Of a DNA stretch of 36,177 bases, positions 19,536-27,640 are shown piece after piece. The notes under the pieces were generated by a model. The model was not told where the DNA came from, ran no database searches, and saw nothing but the letters and a program-made list of their open reading frames with translations. Source of the DNA: a virus (lineage: Duplodnaviria; Caudoviricetes); the IMG/VR virus record IMGVR_UViG_3300048611_000076, positions 1 through 36,177 of that record. One strand, given 5' to 3'. Every line of letters begins with the position of its first letter. Within the stretch, counting starts at the first letter, position 1. The translations under genes were made by a program, and so were the position numbers.

Positions 19536-21017
19536 TCACCAGCCTGTAAAATCTATGTTCACTTCGGACCTTTTTGGTTCCGGGCGACGCTGAGCCATCA
19601 TTACAACGTCCGCCATGTTCGGTGAGTCAATGCCAAGCTTCTTCATCTCTGGCTTTGACAGTATGTAAATCTTACCTGACCCCACCGGCTTTCTCGGTAT
19701 CCTGCAAATCTCAGCCTTCAGTCTTGATATGTTCTCGATTTTCGAGGAAAAACTGATCAGATTGTCAGGGCTGACATAGTCCCCGTGCTCTACCGCTCGG
19801 TATGTTCTGCGCATCTTGTCAGCCAGCAGGATGTAATACTGTGCCCGCTTGTTGCCGAACATCTCTTTGTTCTTCTTGGCCTTCTTGACCTCATCATCCA
19901 GGGGCTCATAGATGGACTCCGGATTGTCGGGGCCACCTCCACCATTGAACGCCTCTAACTGTATCTTCTTCCCGGCCAGGGCTGTGCTTATCTCGCCTTT
20001 CAGCCCCAGCCCTAAGCCGTCTCCATCCCAGGCGAATATGTCGGGCTTTGTGGAGCTTGCAAAATCACAGGCCCACCGGGTTGCGTCGGTCACGTCACCA
20101 CTCTTGCTATCCCGCACGTCCAGGACAACGGCGCCGTGCTGATAGCACACAGCCTTTGCGTCTCCACTATCTGCCGGGTCATAGGTGACAATCTCCTGGC
20201 CCTCCGGCCTAAACCCCTTGATCTTGATGTGAGCATCGACACAGGCATCAAACCACTCCGGCTGAATGATGGCATTCTCCACCGTCTCCAAATATTTCCC
20301 GTGCCATTTGTGGTCGTACTGCTGCCGGGTCATGTTCTTCCAGTCAGCTGCGCGCTCGTCCTCCAGTCCAGATGCGACAAACCAGTCTGTCGGCATATCG
20401 TTGTAGTTGGCCTCTACTATGATGCACTCGTCATCTTCGTAGTACTGGCTGCGTTCCAATTCTGCCTCTGCGCGGGCCAAATACTTCTTAGCTACTGGGT
20501 CATTCCTAGAGCCCCGGTTCATGGTGATCCAGATTTCGGGGCTTTTCATCTCCTCAATCGGTATGCCAGCCTTCCGGGCATCGTCAAAGTCCTTGGCCGT
20601 GGCGCGGACTGAGCTCGTCATTATCCGCAGCGTGTCATCAGACAGGCCTTCGCCCTCCTCTACCCATAGACCGTCAACACCAGACAGCAGGCCCTTCAGG
20701 GACAGGATGTTGCGGGCCAAGCCTCGGTAGAAGTTCCTTCCTCCCGACTGGTGGCCAATGTCAGACTTGCCAACCGTGAATCCCGGTATTCCCAGGCGCC
20801 CAATCTCATCCGCTAGCGTCCTATGTACCGATTCGTCGATGGAGTTCTGGAACTCGCGACCGCAGCACCACAACTGCCCCGACGCCATACAGGCAGATAC
20901 GTAGTCAGCGGCAAACGTCGTCTTAGTCGATGCCCGGCCACCAACGAGGATCTTAACCCTCTTCCGCTTCTCGATCAGTGGCCGGAACTTGTCCAGGACC
21001 GGTATCTGTATTTGCAT
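19536..21017 (-). CDS. terL: Terminase large subunit (PBSX-type)
   Basis: GGRASTKT Walker A, REFQNSIDESVH, WVEEGE Walker B, YDPAD and SPNMAD nuclease motifs. Confidence 0.93.
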   Translation of the reverse strand: MQIQIPVLDKFRPLIEKRKRVKILVGGRASTKTTFAADYVSACMASGQLWCCGREFQNSIDESVHRTLADEIGRLGIPGFTVGKSDIGHQSGGRNFYRGLARNILSLKGLLSGVDGLWVEEGEGLSDDTLRIMTSSVRATAKDFDDARKAGIPIEEMKSPEIWITMNRGSRNDPVAKKYLARAEAELERSQYYEDDECIIVEANYNDMPTDWFVASGLEDERAADWKNMTRQQYDHKWHGKYLETVENAIIQPEWFDACVDAHIKIKGFRPEGQEIVTYDPADSGDAKAVCYQHGAVVLDVRDSKSGDVTDATRWACDFASSTKPDIFAWDGDGLGLGLKGEISTALAGKKIQLEAFNGGGGPDNPESIYEPLDDEVKKAKKNKEMFGNKRAQYYILLADKMRRTYRAVEHGDYVSPDNLISFSSKIENISRLKAEICRIPRKPVGSGKIYILSKPEMKKLGIDSPNMADVVMMAQRRPEPKRSEVNIDFTGW

Positions 21018-21468
21018 TCACGCCCACAAATTGGAAAGTTGCCTTGGTTTGGATGGGGCTGCCATTAGGGCCGCTAAGTTCTTGCTGGATCTTGTCGCCG
21101 TACTTCTTCGGCATCAGCTTTGATAGCAGCCACTTGCGCGAGTCAACACGCAATTTAGAGCGCTGGACGTTCTCACCCATGAACTTCCAAGCCGCCGCCT
21201 TCCCCTCGTCGTCCAGCTTCTCCATGTAATCATTGGAGCCGTCATCTGCTATCTCAAGGATCTCTTCCGCCCATACCATCGCCCCAATCTCTTTGGCTTC
21301 CGCGTATTGGGTGCGAAATTCTTCATGTCTTGCCAGCCAACGCAATACAGTTGTCTTGTCTGGCATCCCGTCTTCCAAGCATACCTTGCGTAAGCTCATG
21401 CCTTCCGCTATCAGCATACAGATAGCTTTCGCGGTCTCTTCGGTGTAATCGCTAGGGCGCCCTACCAT
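20953..21468 (-). CDS. terS: Terminase small subunit (Sf6 gp1-like)
   Basis: GRPSDYT...IC..IAEGMSLRKVC...MP...TVLRWL and RSKLRVDSRKWLLSKLMPKKYGDK. Confidence 0.9.
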   Translation of the reverse strand: MVGRPSDYTEETAKAICMLIAEGMSLRKVCLEDGMPDKTTVLRWLARHEEFRTQYAEAKEIGAMVWAEEILEIADDGSNDYMEKLDDEGKAAAWKFMGENVQRSKLRVDSRKWLLSKLMPKKYGDKIQQELSGPNGSPIQTKATFQFVGVNANTDTGPGQVPATDREAEEG

Positions 21469-21470
21469 TC

Positions 21471-21617
21471 TTAACCTTTTGATTTCTTTGACTTTTTAGG
21501 CTTGCCTGCGTTGCTATAGGCAGTCGCTACCGCCTGCTTCGGGCTCTTCCCAGCCTTGATTTCAGTCTCGATATTCTTCTGAATGACCTTCTTTGTCACG
21601 CCTTTCTTGAGGGGCAT
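21471..21617 (-). CDS. Small basic protein (48 aa, MPLKKG...QAVATAYS)
   Basis: AGGAG RBS before ATG 21617. Resembles small proteins often found upstream of terS. Confidence 0.75.
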   Translation of the reverse strand: MPLKKGVTKKVIQKNIETEIKAGKSPKQAVATAYSNAGKPKKSKKSKG

Positions 21618-21628
21618 TGTGTTTACTC

Positions 21629-22021
21629 CTATGGATACTGGGGGATGTAGTGGGTTACGTTGATCTCGAATTCGTCCGGGAGCAGGGTGCGCAGGATAGT
21701 CATTGCGTTTTGGGAGTGACTGACGCCCCACGCTCCATCCCACTCCATCCCAGGCCCGATACACCCCTGCACGTCTTTTGCCCAGTTGGCGGCGTGAATC
21801 AGGATATGGGTTCGCTCTGGTACGTCTTTCAGTTCCCACACGTCCGGATATTTTGGGGAGCTGTATTTCTCCGCTTGGTACACGCCCTCTGGGATGCAGG
21901 ACTTGAACGGCATGTTATCCAGCCAAGGGCGCTCTATGGTGTACAGGACTGTGCCAGGGAGGATTAGGCGCCCTAGTGTGGCATTGGGGCCATAAGCGAA
22001 TCTTTCCAGATCAACAATCAT
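21629..22021 (-). CDS. DUF5675-like protein, candidate endolysin
   Basis: TLGRL...YTIERPW..N....SCIPEGVY, VPERTHILIHAAN...DVQGCIGPG, S..AM. Located in the lysis module. Confidence 0.75.
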   Translation of the reverse strand: MIVDLERFAYGPNATLGRLILPGTVLYTIERPWLDNMPFKSCIPEGVYQAEKYSSPKYPDVWELKDVPERTHILIHAANWAKDVQGCIGPGMEWDGAWGVSHSQNAMTILRTLLPDEFEINVTHYIPQYP

Positions 22022-22232
22022 CAGGCACCTCCAGCAACGATAGCTTCATCCGGTCCAGCAGCCAGTTAACCGTCCCGCCATCTGCAATGGAGCTGGCGAA
22101 ATACTCGCTGCCGTCCTTGTGGTAGCCGATGACGACCACTTGGTCAAGCTCGCCCGTTGCTCCTTCCAGTACTCGGTCAGCGGGCAAGTCAAGGCGGGTG
22201 ACCCCAGGGAAGTTAACAACTTTATTGCCCAT
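22011..22232 (-). CDS. Conserved-looking small phage protein
   Basis: T.LDLPADRVL..A...L..VVVIGY..DG.EYFASS; overlap-coupled to neighbours. Confidence 0.75.
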   Translation of the reverse strand: MGNKVVNFPGVTRLDLPADRVLEGATGELDQVVVIGYHKDGSEYFASSIADGGTVNWLLDRMKLSLLEVPDDC

Positions 22233-22419
22233 GGATATCCTGCACTATCCCGTTTACAACGTCGAAATATGCCTCGCACTCTGGGCACTGGATGCCAACG
22301 ATCAGAGGGCGGTGCGGGTCCGGTATAGCTACAGGCGTGAACCAAGCATCCTCAGAGCACTGGCATTCCATGAAACCCACGTCTTGGGCTTTTGGCCCTG
22401 GAAATTCAATAACGCTCAT
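22222..22419 (-). CDS. Small zinc-ribbon protein
   Basis: CQC...CPEC; GGAG RBS. Confidence 0.65.
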   Translation of the reverse strand: MSVIEFPGPKAQDVGFMECQCSEDAWFTPVAIPDPHRPLIVGIQCPECEAYFDVVNGIVQDIHGQ

Positions 22420-22438
22420 TCCCCACTCTCCAGCCAGT

Positions 22439-22813
22439 TTATGATTGCCGCCAAATCTTCGCCGTCTTTTCTACTCCGCGTGACACTACGTACCCGCCAA
22501 GCCCCACCTGAACGATATTCAGCAGCTTCAGCACCTGCTCCTCGCTCAGATTGGGGGCCGTCCAGCCTAGCCAGTGTGCTACAACTAGGGCCACAAATGT
22601 CAGCATGGTCACCGGGCGCCAGTTGCGCTGTAGCCAGGATTCGCCTCCGGCCTCGGCTGTAATGATGCTTGTCGCGGCCTTGAGCTGCTCCAGGTCCATG
22701 TTGATCAACTGAGCGTCAATCCCTGCCTTGATACGGTTGGCCTCGTCTTTGTCGGGAAATGCCTTGTCGATTACCTTGCCGACCAGGTCGCTTATGGCGC
22801 CAATCGGGTTCAT
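22439..22813 (-). CDS. 3TM-type (GTA-like) holin
   Basis: KVIDKAFPDK, EAGGESWLQRNWRP, GLGGYVVSRGVEK. GAGG RBS before ATG 22813. Confidence 0.8.
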   Translation of the reverse strand: MNPIGAISDLVGKVIDKAFPDKDEANRIKAGIDAQLINMDLEQLKAATSIITAEAGGESWLQRNWRPVTMLTFVALVVAHWLGWTAPNLSEEQVLKLLNIVQVGLGGYVVSRGVEKTAKIWRQS

Positions 22814-23019
22814 TTCTTGCCCCTCCTCTGTATCCAGCCCGCGCACATCTTGATCAAGAGAGTTGCTACATACAGCCCGCCAAGCACTTGTAGCCACTCT
22901 GCGTAGGAGAGTAGCCATATACCATGGGTTGCCAGGTAATCGCCGTACATCGGCGTGGGGGCTGCGCTAGCGCCGGCTGCGCTTACCCCGACAACCCTTT
23001 CGATTGGTGCGGCCATCAC
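22810..23019 (-). CDS. Small membrane protein (holin/antiholin candidate)
   Basis: One clear TM segment, basic C-terminus, dual-start M-M. Confidence 0.55.
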   Translation of the reverse strand: MMAAPIERVVGVSAAGASAAPTPMYGDYLATHGIWLLSYAEWLQVLGGLYVATLLIKMCAGWIQRRGKK

Positions 23020-23435
23020 TGCTTAACCTCTTGATTATCCAGCGGATTACGCAAATAAGCTGGGCTGCGATTAAGGCTAGAGCGCCCGCGTTGGTGAACC
23101 ATTCTACGAATTCCATCCCAAGGCGCCCCCATTACCAGTACCGCAATTTCTGCGGCCACAATCATGTCGATTACATCGCCGTAAACACTGTACAACCATA
23201 CCCTGGCGGTAAGGTACTGATATAAACAGATCAGATTGAGCGCGATTGCGCAGGATTCGAGAGTCACCAAGGAGAGAGCGGTCTTTGACCGGGATATGGC
23301 CAAAACCATAATGCAGAGCGAGAAAGACCACGACGAGTTGGCTACAAAAAACCACACCCCGCTCGCCGGGCCGGTGAGTACAGGCAGCCAGTACACAGCT
23401 ATACATGCCACGCAGAGGCATAGCCAACGGATCAT
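23016..23435 (-). CDS. Multi-pass membrane protein
   Basis: About four hydrophobic segments; overlap-coupled on both sides. Confidence 0.7.
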   Translation of the reverse strand: MIRWLCLCVACIAVYWLPVLTGPASGVWFFVANSSWSFSLCIMVLAISRSKTALSLVTLESCAIALNLICLYQYLTARVWLYSVYGDVIDMIVAAEIAVLVMGAPWDGIRRMVHQRGRSSLNRSPAYLRNPLDNQEVKQ

Positions 23436-23482
23436 TTACCGCCCTTGGACTTCTTCGGGGGCTTCTTGTTGCCACTGGGCAT
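23432..23482 (-). CDS. 16-aa Lys/Pro-rich peptide MPSGNKKPPKKSKGGK, first ORF of the late operon
   Basis: GAGG RBS at normal spacing; ATGA overlap with the next gene. Confidence 0.6.
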   Translation of the reverse strand: MPSGNKKPPKKSKGGK

Positions 23483-23514
23483 AGGGATTGCCTCGGTTTT
23501 GGGGTTGAGCCCAC

Positions 23515-23531
23515 ATTATACCCAATGTCAA
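23515..23531 (-). promoter_or_regulatory. Putative late promoter region: TTGACA-N5-TATAAT (non-canonical spacing)
   Basis: Perfect hexamers just upstream of the late operon, but no good -35 at 17 bp. Confidence 0.4.
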
Positions 23532-23585
23532 GTAGAAATAAATGCCAGTTTTTGCAGTTTGGCGCAAATGGCATCTTTTATCGTG

Positions 23586-23614
23586 TTGACTTAATGATTT
23601 AGCTTTTGTATTCT
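23586..23614 (+). promoter_or_regulatory. Sigma70 promoter of the moron cassette
   Basis: TTGACT-N17-TATTCT. Confidence 0.75.
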
Positions 23615-23662
23615 ACATCCGTGGTTGAAGCAAAGACCACTTAACAAATCAAGGAGACGGAA

Positions 23663-23881
23663 ATGATCACTGCATCCAACTTGGTATCCAACGGAACAGT
23701 TAGCGGCATATTTGGTGTTGTAGAAGTAGATGGCGGGTTCTCGGTTCGCGACCCGTACGGTAACGCAGACGGCAAGGTTTTCACTACTCGCGACCGTGCC
23801 GAGCGCTGCGCATATGCGGCGAACGCGGCGATGCAAAATTACAACAACGGCGTCCGCATTTCCCACGGCGAAGACATCTAA
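23663..23881 (+). CDS. Hypothetical protein (moron)
   Basis: AAGGAG RBS; own promoter. Confidence 0.75.
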   Translation: MITASNLVSNGTVSGIFGVVEVDGGFSVRDPYGNADGKVFTTRDRAERCAYAANAAMQNYNNGVRISHGEDI

Positions 23882-23891
23882 TCAGCCCACC

Positions 23892-23909
23892 GCCCCGCTC
23901 AGGCGGGGC
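23892..23909 (+). terminator. GC hairpin between the two moron genes
   Basis: GCCCCGC-TCAG-GCGGGGC, with a weak U tract. Confidence 0.5.
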
Positions 23910-23925
23910 CTCTTAGGAGGTATCT

Positions 23926-24123
23926 ATGACCCCCTTACAATCCTGGCGCGCCCGCATGGGATGGACGCAAACCCAAGCAGCCGAGGCCATGGGGGTGACT
24001 AAGCCCACATACCAAAGCTGGGAGAGCGGCAAGCGGTGGAGCGATGGAACACCCCTTCCGCCCCCCAAAACCGCGCTGCTGGCCGCATCAGCTCTTGAGC
24101 AACGCTTGCCCCCCCTCGAATAA
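23926..24123 (+). CDS. XRE/Cro-type helix-turn-helix protein
   Basis: LQSWRARMGWTQTQAAEAMGVTKPTYQSWESG; AGGAGG RBS. Confidence 0.85.
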   Translation: MTPLQSWRARMGWTQTQAAEAMGVTKPTYQSWESGKRWSDGTPLPPPKTALLAASALEQRLPPLE

Positions 24124-24148
24124 AAAAGGCCCATCACGCAGATGGGCC
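24122..24148 (-). terminator. Terminator ending the minus-strand early/nin operon
   Basis: GGCCCATC/GATGGGCC stem followed by T6 on the minus strand. Confidence 0.8.
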
Positions 24149-24206
24149 AAGCGGTCCTGCGGTAGAGGATAGGCACTCTTGCAGGTGGGGGAGAATACTA
24201 TCTAGT

Positions 24207-24302
24207 CTACCACACGAACTTTCCTTGATATACCGCTATCATCATGCCTATTAGAGAGGCAGAGCAGCCTGTGGCGATTAGGAAGATGGCTATGGCTTCC
24301 AT
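24207..24302 (-). CDS. 31-aa hydrophobic peptide
   Basis: GGAGG RBS and TAATG overlap; MEAIAIFLIATGCSASLIGMMIAVYQGKFVW. Confidence 0.55.
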   Translation of the reverse strand: MEAIAIFLIATGCSASLIGMMIAVYQGKFVW

Positions 24303-24568
24303 TACTGCACCTCCGGAGATTGCAGTGGGCGCCAAGCAGATGGGGTGCGCTTCCGGTCCAGCCGCTCTCCAGTTTCATCCACCCACCGCCAACAGCCTTT
24401 CTTCATCCCTTTGTGTGGCGGCTTCTTGTACGGTTTGCGCATGGCAACGAGCCTGTAACTTCCGGCGTAGTCATGAATTAGCACCTCAACCCGCTGGCTT
24501 AGTTTTGGGAGCGCGTCACAAGTCCAGCCCTGGTTTTTCTCCTCTTCGCTTAGCATCATTTCGATCAT
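24302..24568 (-). CDS. Hypothetical nin-region protein
   Basis: GGAGG RBS and ATGA overlap give start 24568. Confidence 0.65.
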   Translation of the reverse strand: MIEMMLSEEEKNQGWTCDALPKLSQRVEVLIHDYAGSYRLVAMRKPYKKPPHKGMKKGCWRWVDETGERLDRKRTPSAWRPLQSPEVQ

Positions 24569-25245
24569 GGCTGCACCTCCGGCGGTTCGGGGCGGCGCAG
24601 GCCGGTGGGAATCCAAGCGAGCATATCGGGGTGCTGGTGCCAAAATCGAACATACTCCACTGTTGCTCTCGTAACGCGATCATCTCCGTAGCTCTCATCC
24701 CAAAATAACCAGACACGCCCCTCGCAGTCCTCGTCGTCTTTCGTCGGTAGACGATCCTTGAGCTTTATTGGCTCCCGCTTATCCGCTATGGAGGGGGCGG
24801 CGAGCACTGCGTCTGACAGATTTTTTCTCCACCAGAACGTGCCACCCTTCCGGCATACAACATTTTTTGAGAATATCCCGTCTCCAAACCAAATACCGTC
24901 AAGCGGCGCGACCCCCAGAAGAAAATCAATCACCTCTCTAAGCCTTTCCGGCACCTGCGCGGCAGGCTGGGGGCCGAGATAGAGCAGGTCTCCATTGCGT
25001 GGCTCTGGAACTTCATTGCACAGGTAGCCCTGAAATTCGCGCGTCCCATTCGATGTTTTACGCTCAAAACCAAACACCCCGACCGGCTCGCTCTCTGCCT
25101 GATGGTGGGCGAGGGCGTCTACGACGTTTTGCCATTCTTTACATCCCTGCGGATCGTAGTCCCTTTCCTGCTTTCGAGCTTCGTATCCCGCACTATAAAG
25201 GGCATCTGCTTTATCCGACGCATCTCGTATCTTATCGTTACTCAT
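24565..25245 (-). CDS. Modular nin/Ea-like hypothetical protein (paralogue of 26747-27640)
   Basis: Shares four DNA blocks with 26747-27640. Confidence 0.75.
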   Translation of the reverse strand: MSNDKIRDASDKADALYSAGYEARKQERDYDPQGCKEWQNVVDALAHHQAESEPVGVFGFERKTSNGTREFQGYLCNEVPEPRNGDLLYLGPQPAAQVPERLREVIDFLLGVAPLDGIWFGDGIFSKNVVCRKGGTFWWRKNLSDAVLAAPSIADKREPIKLKDRLPTKDDEDCEGRVWLFWDESYGDDRVTRATVEYVRFWHQHPDMLAWIPTGLRRPEPPEVQP

Positions 25246-25471
25246 CTCTACCCTTCCTCCCTATCCTGTCATTGATCGACGGTGACAGCAGGTGCCGGCA
25301 TCCGTCATTGCATACCGCTGTTATCTCGCCATGGGGGCCGACCTGGTCACGCCTTAAGCCCCCATGGCCATCGCACATCCTCTCGCCCCATGGCCTTGGC
25401 TCCGGCTCTCTGGCTGCTTCATAAATGCACATTGCAGAAAAAGCCAGGACTATGCTAAATGCGGCTTTCAT
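25238..25471 (-). CDS. Small exported/membrane protein with C..HGG...C.DG motif
   Basis: Hydrophobic N-terminus; RBS present. Confidence 0.6.
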   Translation of the reverse strand: MKAAFSIVLAFSAMCIYEAAREPEPRPWGERMCDGHGGLRRDQVGPHGEITAVCNDGCRHLLSPSINDRIGRKGRDE

Positions 25472-25509
25472 TTGAGATTATATTCCCTCTTGATGCGCTT
25501 TGAAAGCCT

Positions 25510-25641
25510 TTATCTTCGCTTGAGCGTCTTGCTTCCACCATAGATGGCATCTTTAGGATCTTCACCTGCAAGAACTCTACGCCTTATGGTCACACCACAA
25601 ACTGTAACGCCAGGCTCCCTAGCCCATTCCGTCGGAGTCAT
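25510..25641 (-). CDS. 43-aa HTH-like fragment (EWAREPGV...TIRRRV..G)
   Basis: ATGA overlap with ninG. Confidence 0.45.
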   Translation of the reverse strand: MTPTEWAREPGVTVCGVTIRRRVLAGEDPKDAIYGGSKTLKRR

Positions 25642-26234
25642 AGTGCGTCCATCGCATGTTGACGCTTATGCTCAAGCTTTTTCCGGAATACTCTTCCGAT
25701 CCTGCGAATATACTCTAGGCTATATTTTGGAGCATGATTCTGTGATTCTATCCACTCGACTTTATCCGCCCCAATCCTACTCTGTAGCCTTGGCTTATAT
25801 TCTGATATGTTCCCACTCAGGTGCAAGTTGCACTTCATGCAGGATGAATTAATATTCCATAGATTGAATCGTAGTGACGGACATGATCCAACCGACCTAA
25901 AGTGTGAGGCGTTACGAGAACGCGGCTGCAACGGGTCTGGGGCATCACAAGAAATGCATGGCCTTCCGCGGTCGCGCCAATTTACATAGGCGTTAACCGC
26001 ATTTTGTGCTGACTTCAGCGCTGAACGCCTATCCCTTTGGCTGGACTCCATTAAGGCTTCTTTCCTTCGCCTTGTCTCCGCTTTCCAGTCGCGTGTTTCC
26101 CGCTTCTGCTGGCGTTCGCGCTCTTGGCGCCCAACCTCCAGGGCACACTCCAGGCTGCTGCATGACTTCTGTAGAGTGTTCCACGGCTGAAACTTCTTCC
26201 CGCAGGCTTTGCACTTCTTCTTTCTTGGCTTCAT
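25638..26234 (-). CDS. ninG: NinG/Rap-family recombination endonuclease
   Basis: KKCKACG..F...Q..CS..CA, AQ.AVNAYVNWRD...PCISC, ASHFRSVG...LRFN..NI...C..CN..LSGN. Confidence 0.9.
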   Translation of the reverse strand: MKPRKKKCKACGKKFQPWNTLQKSCSSLECALEVGRQERERQQKRETRDWKAETRRRKEALMESSQRDRRSALKSAQNAVNAYVNWRDRGRPCISCDAPDPLQPRSRNASHFRSVGSCPSLRFNLWNINSSCMKCNLHLSGNISEYKPRLQSRIGADKVEWIESQNHAPKYSLEYIRRIGRVFRKKLEHKRQHAMDAL

Positions 26235-26317
26235 ATCCTAACCATTGCAGGAAATAGGACGGGGAGCTACATTGCTCAGCAATGGATAGCTCTCTGTCTG
26301 TTAGATGGTTCATAATG

Positions 26318-26644
26318 TCACCTCATATTCATTTCTGCCCTGGCAGTGGCCTGCTTGGTCCGCCAGGATTCAAACTGAGTTTGTATTATTGTCAGCTCCC
26401 ACTTGGCTTCTATCGCTTTTTGCGTGGCCACTTCCAGCCCTTTCAAGAGATTTTGATACTCCTGGTCTGCGTAGGCTTCCCGCTCTTGTGCCGCTGCTGA
26501 CATGCCGGGTTTAGCTACTTCTGCGGCTTTCATCAGCATTGATTTTTTGGACTTCCTGAACTCCACAAGATAGATCCTCTTGGCCTCCGCTTCGGCGTAG
26601 TCTTTCGCCAGGCGGTGCATTCGAGCATAAATTTCTTCACTCAT
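26318..26644 (-). CDS. Coiled-coil hypothetical protein
   Basis: S.AAQEREAYAD.EY...F..WRT.QA motif; start MSEEIY. Confidence 0.7.
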   Translation of the reverse strand: MSEEIYARMHRLAKDYAEAEAKRIYLVEFRKSKKSMLMKAAEVAKPGMSAAAQEREAYADQEYQNLLKGLEVATQKAIEAKWELTIIQTQFESWRTKQATARAEMNMR

Positions 26645-26750
26645 ACGGCACCCAGCATATCGCAACGAACACAACCACCAGCAATATCCCGTAGACTATC
26701 AGCTCCCAGAGCGGGTAGTCGTCTTTGTCCTGCTCTATATCATCTCTCAT
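26637..26750 (-). CDS. 37-aa single-TM peptide
   Basis: MRDDIEQDKDDYPLWELIVYGILLVVVFVAICWVPYE; overlap-coupled on both sides. Confidence 0.6.
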   Translation of the reverse strand: MRDDIEQDKDDYPLWELIVYGILLVVVFVAICWVPYE

Positions 26751-27640
26751 CGCTCTTCTCCAGGCGGTTCCGGGCGGCGTAGGCCGGGCGGGTTTATTTT
26801 TTGCCATTTAGCTCCTGCCGGTAGCTGCCCGACATCGCTAGGTTGTGCCACGCAAAAACGCTGTAGAGTCATGTTCCACCGGGCAATCCAGGGGCCCTCC
26901 TCTGCGAAGTAGACCAATAGCTCCACGCCTTCTGGGGGCTCCTCTTCGAGTGCTGTGGGCCACTCCCGCTCCTCCGCTATGGAGGGGGCGGCATTGGCTG
27001 CATCTATTCGCTCCAAAGCAGCAGTAATAAAATCCCGGGTCGATTCGCTTTCACATTGCCCGGAAAATATGGCCAATCCATCTAGCTGCTCTTGAACAGC
27101 ACGAGGAATTGACGATTGAACTGAGGTCATCGTTGGAGCGGAAGACAAAATGACTCGCCTGCAATCGTTCCACCCCTCAGCAAAATTATCATGAAATCCC
27201 TCTAGCATTGCATCCGGAAACCACTCGGGAAGTCTCGACTCCAGGCTTGATTCCGTTACAGTCGGAAAATTGGCTAACGAATCCTGGATTGCTAGGTGAA
27301 TGACCCTCGCATCCCAATCATCTGCATTATCAGCAATTACACTTGCAGCTTGTTGGAGTAGATATATTAACCCCTCCGGCACCTGCGCGGCAGGCTGGGG
27401 GTCGAGAAATAGCTGCGTCCCTGGTGGCGCTACGTGATGCTCGAAGTAGCAAGCTGTAAGCGGAGTATCTGTCGGGTTGGCGTCAACTTCGTGCGTAACA
27501 CCAGCCGGTTGACGCTCTGCCCGATGGTGGGTGAGGGCGGTCTCCGCTATACACTCAATTCTACCCAGGGCTGCCGCGTACCCGTGAAAATCGCTGTGCT
27601 GACAGATATCCAGTATCTCCCGCAGTGTTTCGTTGCTCAT
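26747..27640 (-). CDS. Modular nin/Ea-like hypothetical protein
   Basis: Contains the AEGWNDCR motif seen in Eaa-like proteins; four blocks shared with 24565-25245. Confidence 0.75.
   Translation of the reverse strand: MSNETLREILDICQHSDFHGYAAALGRIECIAETALTHHRAERQPAGVTHEVDANPTDTPLTACYFEHHVAPPGTQLFLDPQPAAQVPEGLIYLLQQAASVIADNADDWDARVIHLAIQDSLANFPTVTESSLESRLPEWFPDAMLEGFHDNFAEGWNDCRRVILSSAPTMTSVQSSIPRAVQEQLDGLAIFSGQCESESTRDFITAALERIDAANAAPSIAEEREWPTALEEEPPEGVELLVYFAEEGPWIARWNMTLQRFCVAQPSDVGQLPAGAKWQKINPPGLRRPEPPGEER

Noticed and set aside
23535-23548. Sigma54 promoter at CTGGCA on the minus strand before the late operon
   Set aside because: The required TTGC at -12 is absent.
26029-26313. 94-aa ORF overlapping ninG
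   Set aside because: About two-thirds overlaps ninG out of frame. It has an RBS and may be a short real gene or remnant, but I cannot support a product call.
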